Program-made: the position numbers and the translations under genes
Shown: in pieces, positions 56,206-64,000 of the stretch
Layout: the number at the start of each line of letters is the position of its first letter
Numbering within the stretch: the stretch's first letter is position 1
The notes under the pieces: model-generated
Seen by the model: the letters and a program-made list of their open reading frames with translations, nothing else
Databases searched by the model: none
What the model was told of the DNA's origin: nothing
Source of the DNA: a virus
Strand: one strand, 5' to 3'
Virus record (IMG/VR): IMGVR_UViG_2974791188_000001
Coordinates: 5,603 to 69,602 of that record
DNA: 64,000 nt

Positions 56206-56442
56206 ATGGGTAATACAACGTTGCTGTCGCAGCCTGGTTGCGGTTCGTGCGTATTCGTTAAGCGGGCGTTCAGTGAAAAGAATGTGCCGCTTGAGGTCGT
56301 GAACATTCGTGTTGATGCGGAGGCGTTCGGCTGGATGCAGGAGCGTGAGCTTAAGAGCACTCCGGTCCTTATCTATGAGGATGGAACGTTCACGCAGAAC
56401 ACTGAGGAGATGTACCAGTACGCGGAAGCTAATAAGCAGTGA
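56206..56442 (+). CDS. nrdH: NrdH-like glutaredoxin
   Basis: 78 aa with CGSC redox motif directly after nrdF. Confidence 0.6.
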   Translation: MGNTTLLSQPGCGSCVFVKRAFSEKNVPLEVVNIRVDAEAFGWMQERELKSTPVLIYEDGTFTQNTEEMYQYAEANKQ

Positions 56443-56642
56443 CCGCGTGCGTTGTCGGCCAAAAGCTCGATGACGACGACAAGGCCGCACTCCCCGAACT
56501 GTTGACGCGGTACAAGCGCAACTTCCTACATGCCACCCTCGTGCAGGCCAACAACGGCGTCCAACCCTTTGGGCTTACCGCTTTCAAGGACCATTTGAAC
56601 GGAAGGTGCGTGTGCTATGGGCGTATTGGCAGCGCTGCTTAG
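56439..56642 (+). CDS. hypothetical protein
   Basis: GTGA overlap. Confidence 0.35.
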   Translation: MTACVVGQKLDDDDKAALPELLTRYKRNFLHATLVQANNGVQPFGLTAFKDHLNGRCVCYGRIGSAA

Positions 56643-57747
56643 TCAACCGACGGCCGCAGATCCGCCACCCGTGCGGGAAACGATTACCACGGTTGAAGAG
56701 GCCGGGAACTATTCCCGAACCTTTATCGACCACGAGCCTCCCGAAACACGGGAAGAGCTGTATCGAATGTTGGAGGTTCCCCGTGGGTATTCCATTGTGG
56801 GTGACATCACTTATCGCAACCGTGAGCTTGTTAACGGCAGCACTGTATCCGCCTACAACTACAAGCTCCGCGAGCTACCCCAACCCCTGGACTTCGACGG
56901 CCTTGCCGAACGGGTCCTAAAGTCCCCGCCCGCTAACCCAATCAATCAGCCGGGTCCATACTGGTTTGTCTTCCAGGCCGGTGACTTGCAGCTCGGGAAG
57001 ATTGCCCGCGACGGGTCTACTGAGCAGATCGTGGAAACGTACATGCAGTCCGTTCGGGCTGCTGTGGTCGAGTATGAGAGCTTGGCCGACGAGTTCGGCG
57101 TTTCTGGCGTCCAGTTGTCCTTCCCTGGCGATTGCATGGAAGGTGTGGTGTCCCAGGGTGGGCGGAACATTTGGCTCACTCAGGAGACGATCACGGAGCA
57201 AACGCGGATCTTCCGGCGTCTGCTGCTGTGGACGGTCGACCAGTTCGCTCCGATCGCTAACCACGTGTACGTCGATGTGGTCAACGGCAACCACGATGAA
57301 GCTAACCGGCAGGTGAACACTAAGCCTGGCGATGGTTGGGCTACCGAGTGCGCTATCGCCTTGTCGGATGCGATGGCCCTTAACCCTGGCGCTTACGGGC
57401 ATGTTGAGGTCCGGGTGCCGGATTCCTGGTGCGGGCATATGACTGTGCCGGTCGGGGATTCTCTGGTCACGGTGGCTCACGGTCACCAGTGGCGGCGCGG
57501 TAAGGGTATGGGTTGGTGGGCTGAGCAAGCCCTTAACTTGCAGTCCCCGACTACTTCGGGTGTTTTGCAGCACGGACATATTCACACCTACGAGATCGAG
57601 ACTACGCGCGACCGCACTCGGATCTCGTCCCCCACATTCGACACCGGCTCCGATTGGTTTAGGGAGATTCACGGTGGCGATTCTAAGTTGGGCGGTTTGG
57701 TGTACCTGTTGCGGTCTAACGAAATTTCGAGAGTGAGTTTGGTATGA
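56617..57747 (+). CDS. calcineurin-like metallophosphoesterase
   Basis: VVNGNHD and VAHGHQW...GHIH metal-binding motifs. Confidence 0.6.
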   Translation: MGVLAALLSQPTAADPPPVRETITTVEEAGNYSRTFIDHEPPETREELYRMLEVPRGYSIVGDITYRNRELVNGSTVSAYNYKLRELPQPLDFDGLAERVLKSPPANPINQPGPYWFVFQAGDLQLGKIARDGSTEQIVETYMQSVRAAVVEYESLADEFGVSGVQLSFPGDCMEGVVSQGGRNIWLTQETITEQTRIFRRLLLWTVDQFAPIANHVYVDVVNGNHDEANRQVNTKPGDGWATECAIALSDAMALNPGAYGHVEVRVPDSWCGHMTVPVGDSLVTVAHGHQWRRGKGMGWWAEQALNLQSPTTSGVLQHGHIHTYEIETTRDRTRISSPTFDTGSDWFREIHGGDSKLGGLVYLLRSNEISRVSLV

Positions 57748-57986
57748 GTAGGAACGTTCGTAAGCCTGTAGTTGCCGATGAACCGCTTATCGCTAAGATC
57801 ATCGCGGGGATTCTTGTTGGCCTGTTCGTTATCGCCCTAGTGGTTGGCGCGTTTGCGCTTCAAGTGTGGCTTATCATGCTGATTGTTGGCGCTCTCGGCT
57901 ACGCTGTCGGGTTCTTCAAGGTCGCGTTGATTATGCTGCTGGTCAATTTCGCCCTGTCGGCTCTGGGTACTGTGGGACGCCATTGA
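57744..57986 (+). CDS. small membrane protein
   Basis: ATGA overlap; two TM helices. Confidence 0.45.
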   Translation: MSRNVRKPVVADEPLIAKIIAGILVGLFVIALVVGAFALQVWLIMLIVGALGYAVGFFKVALIMLLVNFALSALGTVGRH

Positions 57987-58258
57987 GGTATCGCAAGAAG
58001 CCTGTAGAGATTGATGCGCAACAGTGGCTTGGCTTCACATTCCTGCTAATGAAGTGCTTCACGGGTGATGACAAATTCCGTGCGCCTACCAAGCAGGAAG
58101 CGTTAGACGATCCCGAGGTTACCGCCTACGTCTACGACGAGCTGCACCACACGTGGGTTGGTGTTCTTACTGGGGATTACATCATTCGCGGCATCCAGGG
58201 CGAGTTTTATCCATGCAACCCGGACGTCTTCGAGCAGACTTACGAGGTGGCTCCGTGA
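57983..58258 (+). CDS. hypothetical protein
   Basis: TTGA overlap start. Confidence 0.45.
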   Translation: MRYRKKPVEIDAQQWLGFTFLLMKCFTGDDKFRAPTKQEALDDPEVTAYVYDELHHTWVGVLTGDYIIRGIQGEFYPCNPDVFEQTYEVAP

Positions 58259-58977
58259 GGATCATTCTGTGTCGCGGCATCGGCGAACCTGCCAGCTCCC
58301 CCATGCTGCGAACCGTCATCGCGGAGATACGGAAGCTCGGTTACAGCCCTGAGGTTGTCAACCTGCCGTGGAAGGCCCAGTACGGGCCGGTACCTGACCC
58401 GCTGGGGGATGACTTCCACGATGCGTTAGCTCACGGTAAGGAGCTGCTGCGCCGTGAGCTGGACTTGGGGCCGGCTGTGGTCCTCGGCTACTCCGGGGGT
58501 GCCCAGTTAGCAGGCGACTTCGTCGTTGACGTCGGCCACCACAACCTGCGTGCGCTCGGCCTGGTTGCAGATCCGGGACAGCCTAAGGGCGCTACTGGGA
58601 ACTATGGCCGGTGGGGTATCACTGGGGCGCGTATCCCGTTCGGCACACCTACCGCGTGGATCGCAGACCCCAACGATGGCATCCCCTTGTGTCCCGCTAA
58701 CTCCCCGCTTAGGACGCTTGCAGACCAGTCGGAGAAGTTCAGCTTGATTGATCCGGTCGCTTGGGGATTTGAGTTGTGGCTCAAGCTTGTGCGCGGCGAC
58801 TTCCAGAAGGTTGATGCCTTCAAACAGTTCACTGAGGGTGAATGGTGGGAAGCTGCCGACTTGCTGCACGGTTACGTGTTTGGCCGGGACCACACAAGCT
58901 ACGGGAAGCGTATTGATCCGCGCACCGGTAACACGTACTCGCGCGATCTGGCTGAGTGGGTGGTGAAGTTCCTGTGA
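58255..58977 (+). CDS. cutinase-like serine esterase (Lysin B-like)
   Basis: GYSGGAQ nucleophile elbow (G-x-S-x-G) with downstream Asp/His candidates; GTGA overlap start. Confidence 0.5.
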   Translation: MRIILCRGIGEPASSPMLRTVIAEIRKLGYSPEVVNLPWKAQYGPVPDPLGDDFHDALAHGKELLRRELDLGPAVVLGYSGGAQLAGDFVVDVGHHNLRALGLVADPGQPKGATGNYGRWGITGARIPFGTPTAWIADPNDGIPLCPANSPLRTLADQSEKFSLIDPVAWGFELWLKLVRGDFQKVDAFKQFTEGEWWEAADLLHGYVFGRDHTSYGKRIDPRTGNTYSRDLAEWVVKFL

Positions 58978-59112
58978 GGTTCACTATTCGCCTGTTTGGG
59001 CGTGAGTTGTTGTCGTTCTCGTTTAGCGAAACGGACGCTTCCGAAGAGGTTGCGTCTCTGGTTTCGGATACGACTCCTTCGTTTGGGTTTGTGTACAGCG
59101 ATATGGAGGACA

Positions 59113-59577
59113 ATGGGAAGGCACTCTAAGCCGGTAGAAGTCGATGATCGCGGCCACCCACGCCTCAATCGTGTCAACCTTGAGGTTCTTGGGGACCGAC
59201 AATCCGGTAAGACCGAAACCATCCTTAGGGCACTGTTCTATGACTTGGTAGTTGAGGATAAGCAAGTCTTGTATCTGTGCCGCAATCAGTTGCAGGCCCA
59301 GGAAGTGTTCCACCGGTTCGATTCCATGCTTCCACGCACTAAGTTCATCCGGCGTAGAAGCTTAGGCACCTTGGATATGCGCGCGGAATGCGGCAGGGGA
59401 CGCATCTGCTTCCGGTCTATCAATGGCAGCGGCCACAGGGGCGTGTCGGTTGACACTGTTGTGCTCGACGACTGCGGACCCATCCCGGACGACGACTGGT
59501 GCTCACTGTTCATGTCAACCATCCAGTCCGATGAACCGAGAATGATCGTTATATCGACAGGGGGTGCGCCGCAATGA
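59113..59577 (+). CDS. small P-loop NTPase
   Basis: Walker A GDRQSGKTE and Walker B VVLDDCG; GGAGGA RBS. Confidence 0.45.
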   Translation: MGRHSKPVEVDDRGHPRLNRVNLEVLGDRQSGKTETILRALFYDLVVEDKQVLYLCRNQLQAQEVFHRFDSMLPRTKFIRRRSLGTLDMRAECGRGRICFRSINGSGHRGVSVDTVVLDDCGPIPDDDWCSLFMSTIQSDEPRMIVISTGGAPQ

Positions 59578-60188
59578 GGCTAATACTGGGCACATATCGA
59601 AAACGGGCCTACATCGAGCGTGCGCTAGCGTCCATCGACAAGCACCTTAAGGGTGTCACGGATATTGCTTTCGTGGACGACTCCGGGGATGCGGAGCATT
59701 CCGAGTGGTTGCGCCAGTACGGGCATGTGGTCGAGACCGGCGCTAAGGGATACAACGCGGCCATGAACGCTGTGTGTGAGACTGCTCAGGGCCAAGAGTT
59801 CATGTTCTGGGAAGAGGACTTCACCATGCTTGAGCCGGTGAACCTCACCCACATGTCGGAGATCCTGTTTCACCGCCCCTACCTCGCTCAGATCGCGCTA
59901 CTTCGCGGGCCTTGGTTCGACGTAGAGCACCAGCACGGGGGCCTACTTGAGGCTCTGGTGGCCCAAGGCCGAAAGGTCGAGCTGGTCGATGGTGTGCACG
60001 AGCAGACCGCAACGTTTACCTGCAACCCGTCGGTGTGGCGCGGGAGCGTGGCGGCAGCCGGTTGGCCTGCTGGCCGCTGGTCGGAGGAAAGGAAACGCGA
60101 TGAGCTGCTAAGGCAGGGTTATCGGTTCGGGTTTATGGAAGGGGTGAAGGTTGACCATGACGGAGAACGCACCGGCCACGACTACTAA
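59574..60188 (+). CDS. glycosyltransferase (GT-A fold)
   Basis: N-terminal Rossmann-like LILGTYRKRAYIERAL...FVDDSGD (DxD-type) ; ATGA overlap. Confidence 0.55.
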   Translation: MRLILGTYRKRAYIERALASIDKHLKGVTDIAFVDDSGDAEHSEWLRQYGHVVETGAKGYNAAMNAVCETAQGQEFMFWEEDFTMLEPVNLTHMSEILFHRPYLAQIALLRGPWFDVEHQHGGLLEALVAQGRKVELVDGVHEQTATFTCNPSVWRGSVAAAGWPAGRWSEERKRDELLRQGYRFGFMEGVKVDHDGERTGHDY

Positions 60189-60495
60189 CTACTTTGGGCA
60201 GGTAATCGGGCCGGGGACCATTGTTGCTGTCAATGTGTTGCAGCATCGGACCACTACGCTTCGGCTTGGGGTGGTTGCGTCTATCGGCAAGTCTGGTAAG
60301 ACGGCTCACGTCCATTGGGTGTTCAGTCGCCGAGGGGCTAATGGTAGGTCTGAGTGGTCTCGCACCGAGAAGAGCAATGTTCCAATCGTTAAGCTCATCC
60401 GGCCGGACCTTTCGGGCATTGACCCCGAGATTGCGTATGCCATCGCTAGTAAGCATCAGGAGTTGATGCACACGGGGGATGCTGATGACGCTTGA
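60157..60495 (+). CDS. hypothetical protein
   Basis: 112 aa. Confidence 0.4.
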   Translation: MTENAPATTTNYFGQVIGPGTIVAVNVLQHRTTTLRLGVVASIGKSGKTAHVHWVFSRRGANGRSEWSRTEKSNVPIVKLIRPDLSGIDPEIAYAIASKHQELMHTGDADDA

Positions 60496-61120
60496 GGTTT
60501 GCATCCCCTGGCGGGCGACACCCGAACGTAAACCGGCATTCGCGCGGGTAACCGACTTCTGGCTACACCACGACTTCGACCTGATTACCGGCGACAGTGA
60601 TCGTAGGTCTAAAGCGTTCTCGATCACCCAAGCCCGAAACAAGGCTGTGAACGCCTCTAAGGGCGATGTGGTGGTACTTGCTGACGCGGACACCATCGTG
60701 GACATTGCGGCCGTCAGGGAAGCAATCAGCACGGTTAAACCGGGGGAAGTGATCTACCCGTTCGCTACTTACCGGCATATCCCGGCCGATACCGTCTCGA
60801 TCAGCGATCTGCACGCAGCTAAGCCCGACCAGGAATACCGCAACAGTGTTGGTGGGATCATGGTCACCCTTAAGGACACCTACTGGGAGCTTGGGGGCAT
60901 GGATGAACGATTCGAGCCTAGGTGGGGTTACGAGGATTCGGCATTCAAGCTCGTAGCGGAAACGTTGGGAACTGTTCGACGTCTCCCCGGAACGATCTAC
61001 TCGTTCAACCATCCGGCCGACCGTGACCTTAGCTACGACAATCCGAACCGTCACCGGTTCGACCTGTATCGGGCATGCGCGGGTAAGCCGAATCTGATGC
61101 GAGAGCTGGTCAAGCGTTGA
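60479..61120 (+). CDS. glycosyltransferase (GT-A fold)
   Basis: VVVLADADTIVD DxD motif and GT-A topology. Confidence 0.6.
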   Translation: MLMTLEVCIPWRATPERKPAFARVTDFWLHHDFDLITGDSDRRSKAFSITQARNKAVNASKGDVVVLADADTIVDIAAVREAISTVKPGEVIYPFATYRHIPADTVSISDLHAAKPDQEYRNSVGGIMVTLKDTYWELGGMDERFEPRWGYEDSAFKLVAETLGTVRRLPGTIYSFNHPADRDLSYDNPNRHRFDLYRACAGKPNLMRELVKR

Positions 61121-61833
61121 ACCTGAGCCTTTGCGTACTTACGGTTCCTAGCCGGGAGGAGCAGGCCCGCCGTCTCGCCGAAGAGCTGGGGGCGTCACTG
61201 CACATCGACCACTACGGCAGTCCGACTAAGGCTCACGCTAACGCTTGGTATGAGGCCCTAGCTGATGCCCGGTGCAAGTCCGCGCACTACACCGAAGACT
61301 GGGTGGGGGTTATCGAGGATGACGCGATACTTGCTGACGGGGCTACTAGGGATGACCTGATGCACATGCTGCGGAAGGCCCCTGCCGATATTGTGTCCGG
61401 CTACCTAGGTCGAGCTAAGCCGGCCGATACCCAACCCCACATCGAGCAGGCCCTTAAGCATGACCCGCACTACGTCATCACCTACCGATTGTTGCACCAT
61501 GTGGCGGTATTCATGCGGGCTAAGCATGTCGCTAAGGCTGCTGCCTACTTGCGTGAACACCCCAAGTTCCCGTGCGATGAGGCGCTAGGGATCTGGGCGC
61601 AGACAGCGGGCGAACCTGTTGCTTACAGTGTGCCGTCTCAGTTCGATCACATGGACTCCGAGCCTGTGATCTTAGGTAGGCCCGTAACCACCGGTGACCC
61701 GGCAGAACCGCGGATCGCATGGGTGCTTGGTGACCGGGACGATTGGGACGGTAAGCGGATACAGCTACTCGACCAGCCCACACGTAACCGGTACGGGAGA
61801 CGGTACGGGCAGCGTCCAGCACAGCCCGCATGA
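61117..61833 (+). CDS. glycosyltransferase-like (GT-A, GT25-like)
   Basis: WVGVIEDDAIL acidic motif; TTGA overlap. Confidence 0.5.
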   Translation: MNLSLCVLTVPSREEQARRLAEELGASLHIDHYGSPTKAHANAWYEALADARCKSAHYTEDWVGVIEDDAILADGATRDDLMHMLRKAPADIVSGYLGRAKPADTQPHIEQALKHDPHYVITYRLLHHVAVFMRAKHVAKAAAYLREHPKFPCDEALGIWAQTAGEPVAYSVPSQFDHMDSEPVILGRPVTTGDPAEPRIAWVLGDRDDWDGKRIQLLDQPTRNRYGRRYGQRPAQPA

Positions 61834-62143
61834 CGGCAAGGCTGCGGGTAGCGAACACACCGGCCGGGGCATCCACCGGGGCAGGTTCGTACCAGGGGGC
61901 GTAATGCTCCCGCTCCGCACGCTCCCAGTACTCGGCTACGGCCAGATCCTCGGCACGCCGTGCACGCCACTCAGCGGCCACAGCGGACACCACAGACTTG
62001 TAAGTGACCCGTGGCTCAACCTCCCGGTAGTACTCGCGCTCCTCGGTTTCATACCCGACGCACCACGATTCCATCCGGGCTATCTGGATTTCACGGAGAG
62101 CAGCGTATGTCGCTTTGCACTCCTCGATGAACGCGTTTGCCAT
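61532..62143 (-). CDS. hypothetical protein (leftward; 3' end overlaps glycosyltransferase gene)
   Basis: first ~100 aa look protein-like (aromatic/charged); distal 100 aa are Arg/Ala-rich and overlap 61532-61833 of the plus-strand gene. Confidence 0.3.
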   Translation of the reverse strand: MANAFIEECKATYAALREIQIARMESWCVGYETEEREYYREVEPRVTYKSVVSAVAAEWRARRAEDLAVAEYWERAEREHYAPWYEPAPVDAPAGVFATRSLAVMRAVLDAARTVSRTGYVWAGRVAVSAYRPNRPGHQAPMRSAVLPGHRWLRAYLRSQARSPCDRTETAHCKQQVRPLSAPRSLAPHRTGTWGVHASRQQP

Positions 62144-62178
62144 ACGGCAATCGTAGCGGACGCTACGTAGGGAGTCAA

Positions 62179-62511
62179 ATGGGGAAACACAAGGGAAGAT
62201 CCGGCCGACCTTACCGGACTAAGCGCGCCAATTTCAGGCGTAAGTGTGCTGCCGAGAACCGGCCATGTTCGCTATGCGGTAAGCCTATCGACTACACGCT
62301 AACGGGTAAGAATCCGATGGCGTGGACGTTGGAACACATCATTCCGGTATCGGAGCTTAAGCGCATTGACCCTAACCATCGCCTGCTTGAGGCTGTGTCG
62401 AATTTTGCGGCTGCTCATTTCCTCTGTAACCAACGTAAGCAGGATGGGGGTTACCGGGATAAGGGTACGGCGGGTCCGGCTCCTGCTGCTAGCTCTAGGC
62501 GGTGGACGTGA
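62179..62511 (+). CDS. HNH endonuclease
   Basis: CSLCGK...WTLEHIIPV...HFLCNQRK HNH motifs; GGGAG RBS. Confidence 0.65.
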   Translation: MGKHKGRSGRPYRTKRANFRRKCAAENRPCSLCGKPIDYTLTGKNPMAWTLEHIIPVSELKRIDPNHRLLEAVSNFAAAHFLCNQRKQDGGYRDKGTAGPAPAASSRRWT

Positions 62512-62750
62512 GGCGGCATTTGACCGCTAAACGCGGGTGGATGGCGTTAGCGCTCAGTGTGCTGGTCTACGAGGTTGCGGCACCTGAGGGGGAACTACTC
62601 TCGGAGGGTGTCGATAGGGCTTTGCTTAGTAATCGTAAGAGTGTGCGGGCTGCGGCTTGGGCGGGGATCACGGTTACCGCATTGCATCTGCTTAATGTGC
62701 TGCCGGTGTGGTGCGATCCTTATGCCCTGTTGGCACGTGTTCGGATCTAA
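62502..62750 (+). CDS. small membrane protein
   Basis: two hydrophobic helices. Confidence 0.35.
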   Translation: MDVRRHLTAKRGWMALALSVLVYEVAAPEGELLSEGVDRALLSNRKSVRAAAWAGITVTALHLLNVLPVWCDPYALLARVRI

Positions 62751-62758
62751 ACAAGTAA

Positions 62759-62807
62759 TAACCCCCTCTGGGCTACCAGTAATGGCAGCTCGGAGGGGGT
62801 TATTTTG
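62759..62807. terminator. bidirectional rho-independent terminator
   Basis: TAACCCCCTC...GAGGGGGTTA stem then TTTTG between convergent genes. Confidence 0.65.
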
Positions 62808-62823
62808 CGTTCTGGGGGTGGTG

Positions 62824-63165
62824 TTACTGGGCCGGTTCTTCTGCCGGGGTCTCGGGGTCGGTCGGCTCTTCCACCGGGGGTTCCTCGGTCGGCTCCTCTT
62901 CCACCGGCTCCTCTTCCGGCTTGGGCAGTCGCCAGAACTTGGGGGCTTCCGGTTCTGCCTCGTCGGCTAGCGGGGTGCCGGTTGCGGGCAGTCCTCCGGG
63001 GCCTTGGGGCATGGTGGGCGGGCAGGGTGCGAACTTGCCGTTACCTACCTCGATCTGGCACTTGGGCTTGGGTGCCGGGGCCGCGTCGGCTGTGGCGGCG
63101 AATCCGAGCAGACCCCCCAGGGCCAGGATGGTGACGGCTGCGGCTCGGACGATGGTGCGGAACAT
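62824..63165 (-). CDS. secreted Pro/Glu-rich protein
   Basis: signal peptide MFRTIVRAAAVTILALGGLLGFAATADA then PEEEPVEEEPTEEPPVEEP repeats. Confidence 0.5.
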   Translation of the reverse strand: MFRTIVRAAAVTILALGGLLGFAATADAAPAPKPKCQIEVGNGKFAPCPPTMPQGPGGLPATGTPLADEAEPEAPKFWRLPKPEEEPVEEEPTEEPPVEEPTDPETPAEEPAQ

Positions 63166-63242
63166 CTGTGTTCCCCTTTCGTTAAGGTGTTTCTTAGCTT
63201 AGCTGGTGTTTACGGGTTGTTGGGGTGGTTTTTGTGCCGCGT

Positions 63243-63464
63243 TTACCTTGCGACTGCTTGAGTGTAGCTTGCGCTACGTCGTTTGTCTAGTTCCTTCTTA
63301 AGCTGGTCTTTCATCCATTCCCATTGCCAGTCTCCGTAATCGCCGTTTTGGAAGTCTTCCAGCGCGGCTAAGGTCCCGACCCCCTCGTTTGTCCATATGC
63401 TCAGGAATGCGACTAGACCCTTATCTTTGAGCGATACCGCGTGATCCTTGTAGTTCACAGCCAT
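63243..63464 (-). CDS. hypothetical protein
   Basis: 73 aa Trp-rich. Confidence 0.45.
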   Translation of the reverse strand: MAVNYKDHAVSLKDKGLVAFLSIWTNEGVGTLAALEDFQNGDYGDWQWEWMKDQLKKELDKRRSASYTQAVAR

Positions 63465-63595
63465 ACGTCCCCGTCCAGCTCCAACACATTCATAAGGTTT
63501 AGGTAAGTGCCATCTTCCCCGTATCTAACGTCAGCGTCCTGGTTGAACTTGAGTAGGGCAGCTACGAGGTCGGCTACCTTGACTGTGTCACTCAT
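63455..63595 (-). CDS. hypothetical small protein (46 aa)
   Basis: ATGA-coupled to upstream gene, 8-nt overlap with downstream gene. Confidence 0.35.
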   Translation of the reverse strand: MSDTVKVADLVAALLKFNQDADVRYGEDGTYLNLMNVLELDGDVWL

Positions 63596-63786
63596 CGCCG
63601 GTTGAACTCCCGATACTTGGCCCGGTACTCGCGGGCATCACGACGGATCTGCCGACGGCTACGCGTCTCAAGCATTAGCTGCGTGCCGCTATCCTCACGA
63701 GGCTTAGCCGACATGCGCTGAGCTGTCCGCACCCACTTAGCAAGAATCACAACCGTTGAAACAAGAATCCCAAACGCGACTAGCAT
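63592..63786 (-). CDS. small membrane protein
   Basis: N-terminal TM then basic tail. Confidence 0.45.
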   Translation of the reverse strand: MLVAFGILVSTVVILAKWVRTAQRMSAKPREDSGTQLMLETRSRRQIRRDAREYRAKYREFNRR

Positions 63787-63794
63787 CCTGCTAC

Positions 63795-63930
63795 CTACTT
63801 ACTTTCTGCTTCGGCTAGCCACCGGTTAATGGTGGTGCGCGCTATACCGGTTGCCTCGAATACGTCCGCGCGGGTGATCCCCGCCTTAACAGCACTGACA
63901 ACCGCCGCCCTTAGCTTCTGGTCTGCCATG
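63795..63930 (-). CDS. small HTH DNA-binding protein
   Basis: 44 aa ITRADVFEATGIARTTINRWL helix-turn-helix; in-frame stop upstream of its ATG. Confidence 0.4.
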
Positions 63931-64000
63931 CGCTTAGCTTCGGCCGACTCTTCCGCCGTTTGCTGAAGTGCGCTTAGAACCGCGTTCTTGTCAGTGCTCA

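Overview
This window reads as a near-complete, GC-rich (about 60-65% by eye) siphovirus-type actinobacteriophage genome. The host is probably a mycolic-acid actinobacterium (Mycobacterium, Gordonia or Rhodococcus), judging from the Lsr2, WhiB, LysB-like esterase and glycosyltransferase genes. Genes are densely packed and many are translationally coupled through ATGA, GTGA or TTGA overlaps.

Layout:
- Left arm, rightward (59 to 25.4 kb): small and large terminase, portal, MuF-like protein, scaffold, HK97-like major capsid, four head-tail connector genes, major tail protein, tail assembly chaperones with a canonical -1 programmed frameshift (G GGA AAA at 8825-8831), a 2132-aa tape measure protein with an embedded lytic transglycosylase motif, minor tail and fibre proteins (one collagen-like, one Gly-rich), a two-gene endolysin (cysteine peptidase plus amidase_2 sharing a C-terminal module), and holin-like genes ending in a strong terminator.
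- Centre, leftward (25.5 to 28.1 kb): Lsr2-like protein, three membrane or unknown proteins and an HTH repressor, divergent from a Cro-like gene across an operator-like inverted repeat. No integrase or partition genes are visible.
- Noncoding: an unusual region of about 735 nt (28485-29219).
- Right arm, rightward (29.2 to 62.7 kb):
  - early genes, SPFH/band-7, MazG-like;
  - PD-(D/E)xK exonuclease plus Erf-type annealing protein, two tandem WhiB-like genes, HNH endonuclease, DnaB helicase, DUF3310 protein, RusA resolvase;
  - polynucleotide kinase/phosphatase plus Rnl2-type RNA ligase (RNA repair);
  - PRPP-synthetase-like plus NAMPT-like pair (candidate NARP1 NAD+ reconstitution), and a Pol-beta nucleotidyltransferase;
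  - six tRNAs (Asn-GTT, Trp-CCA, Gly-TCC, Lys-CTT, Leu-CAA, Tyr-GTA) plus a tRNA-like fragment;
  - ThyX, orphan NrdF, NrdH-like redoxin, metallophosphoesterase, a LysB-like serine esterase remote from the lysis cassette;
  - a P-loop protein followed by three GT-A glycosyltransferases, and an HNH endonuclease near the right end.
- Right end, leftward (62.8 to 64.0 kb): a chain of small translationally coupled genes including a secreted Pro-rich protein and a small HTH protein.

All calls rest on reading the translations and motifs by eye. No database search was run, so family names are motif-level assignments.
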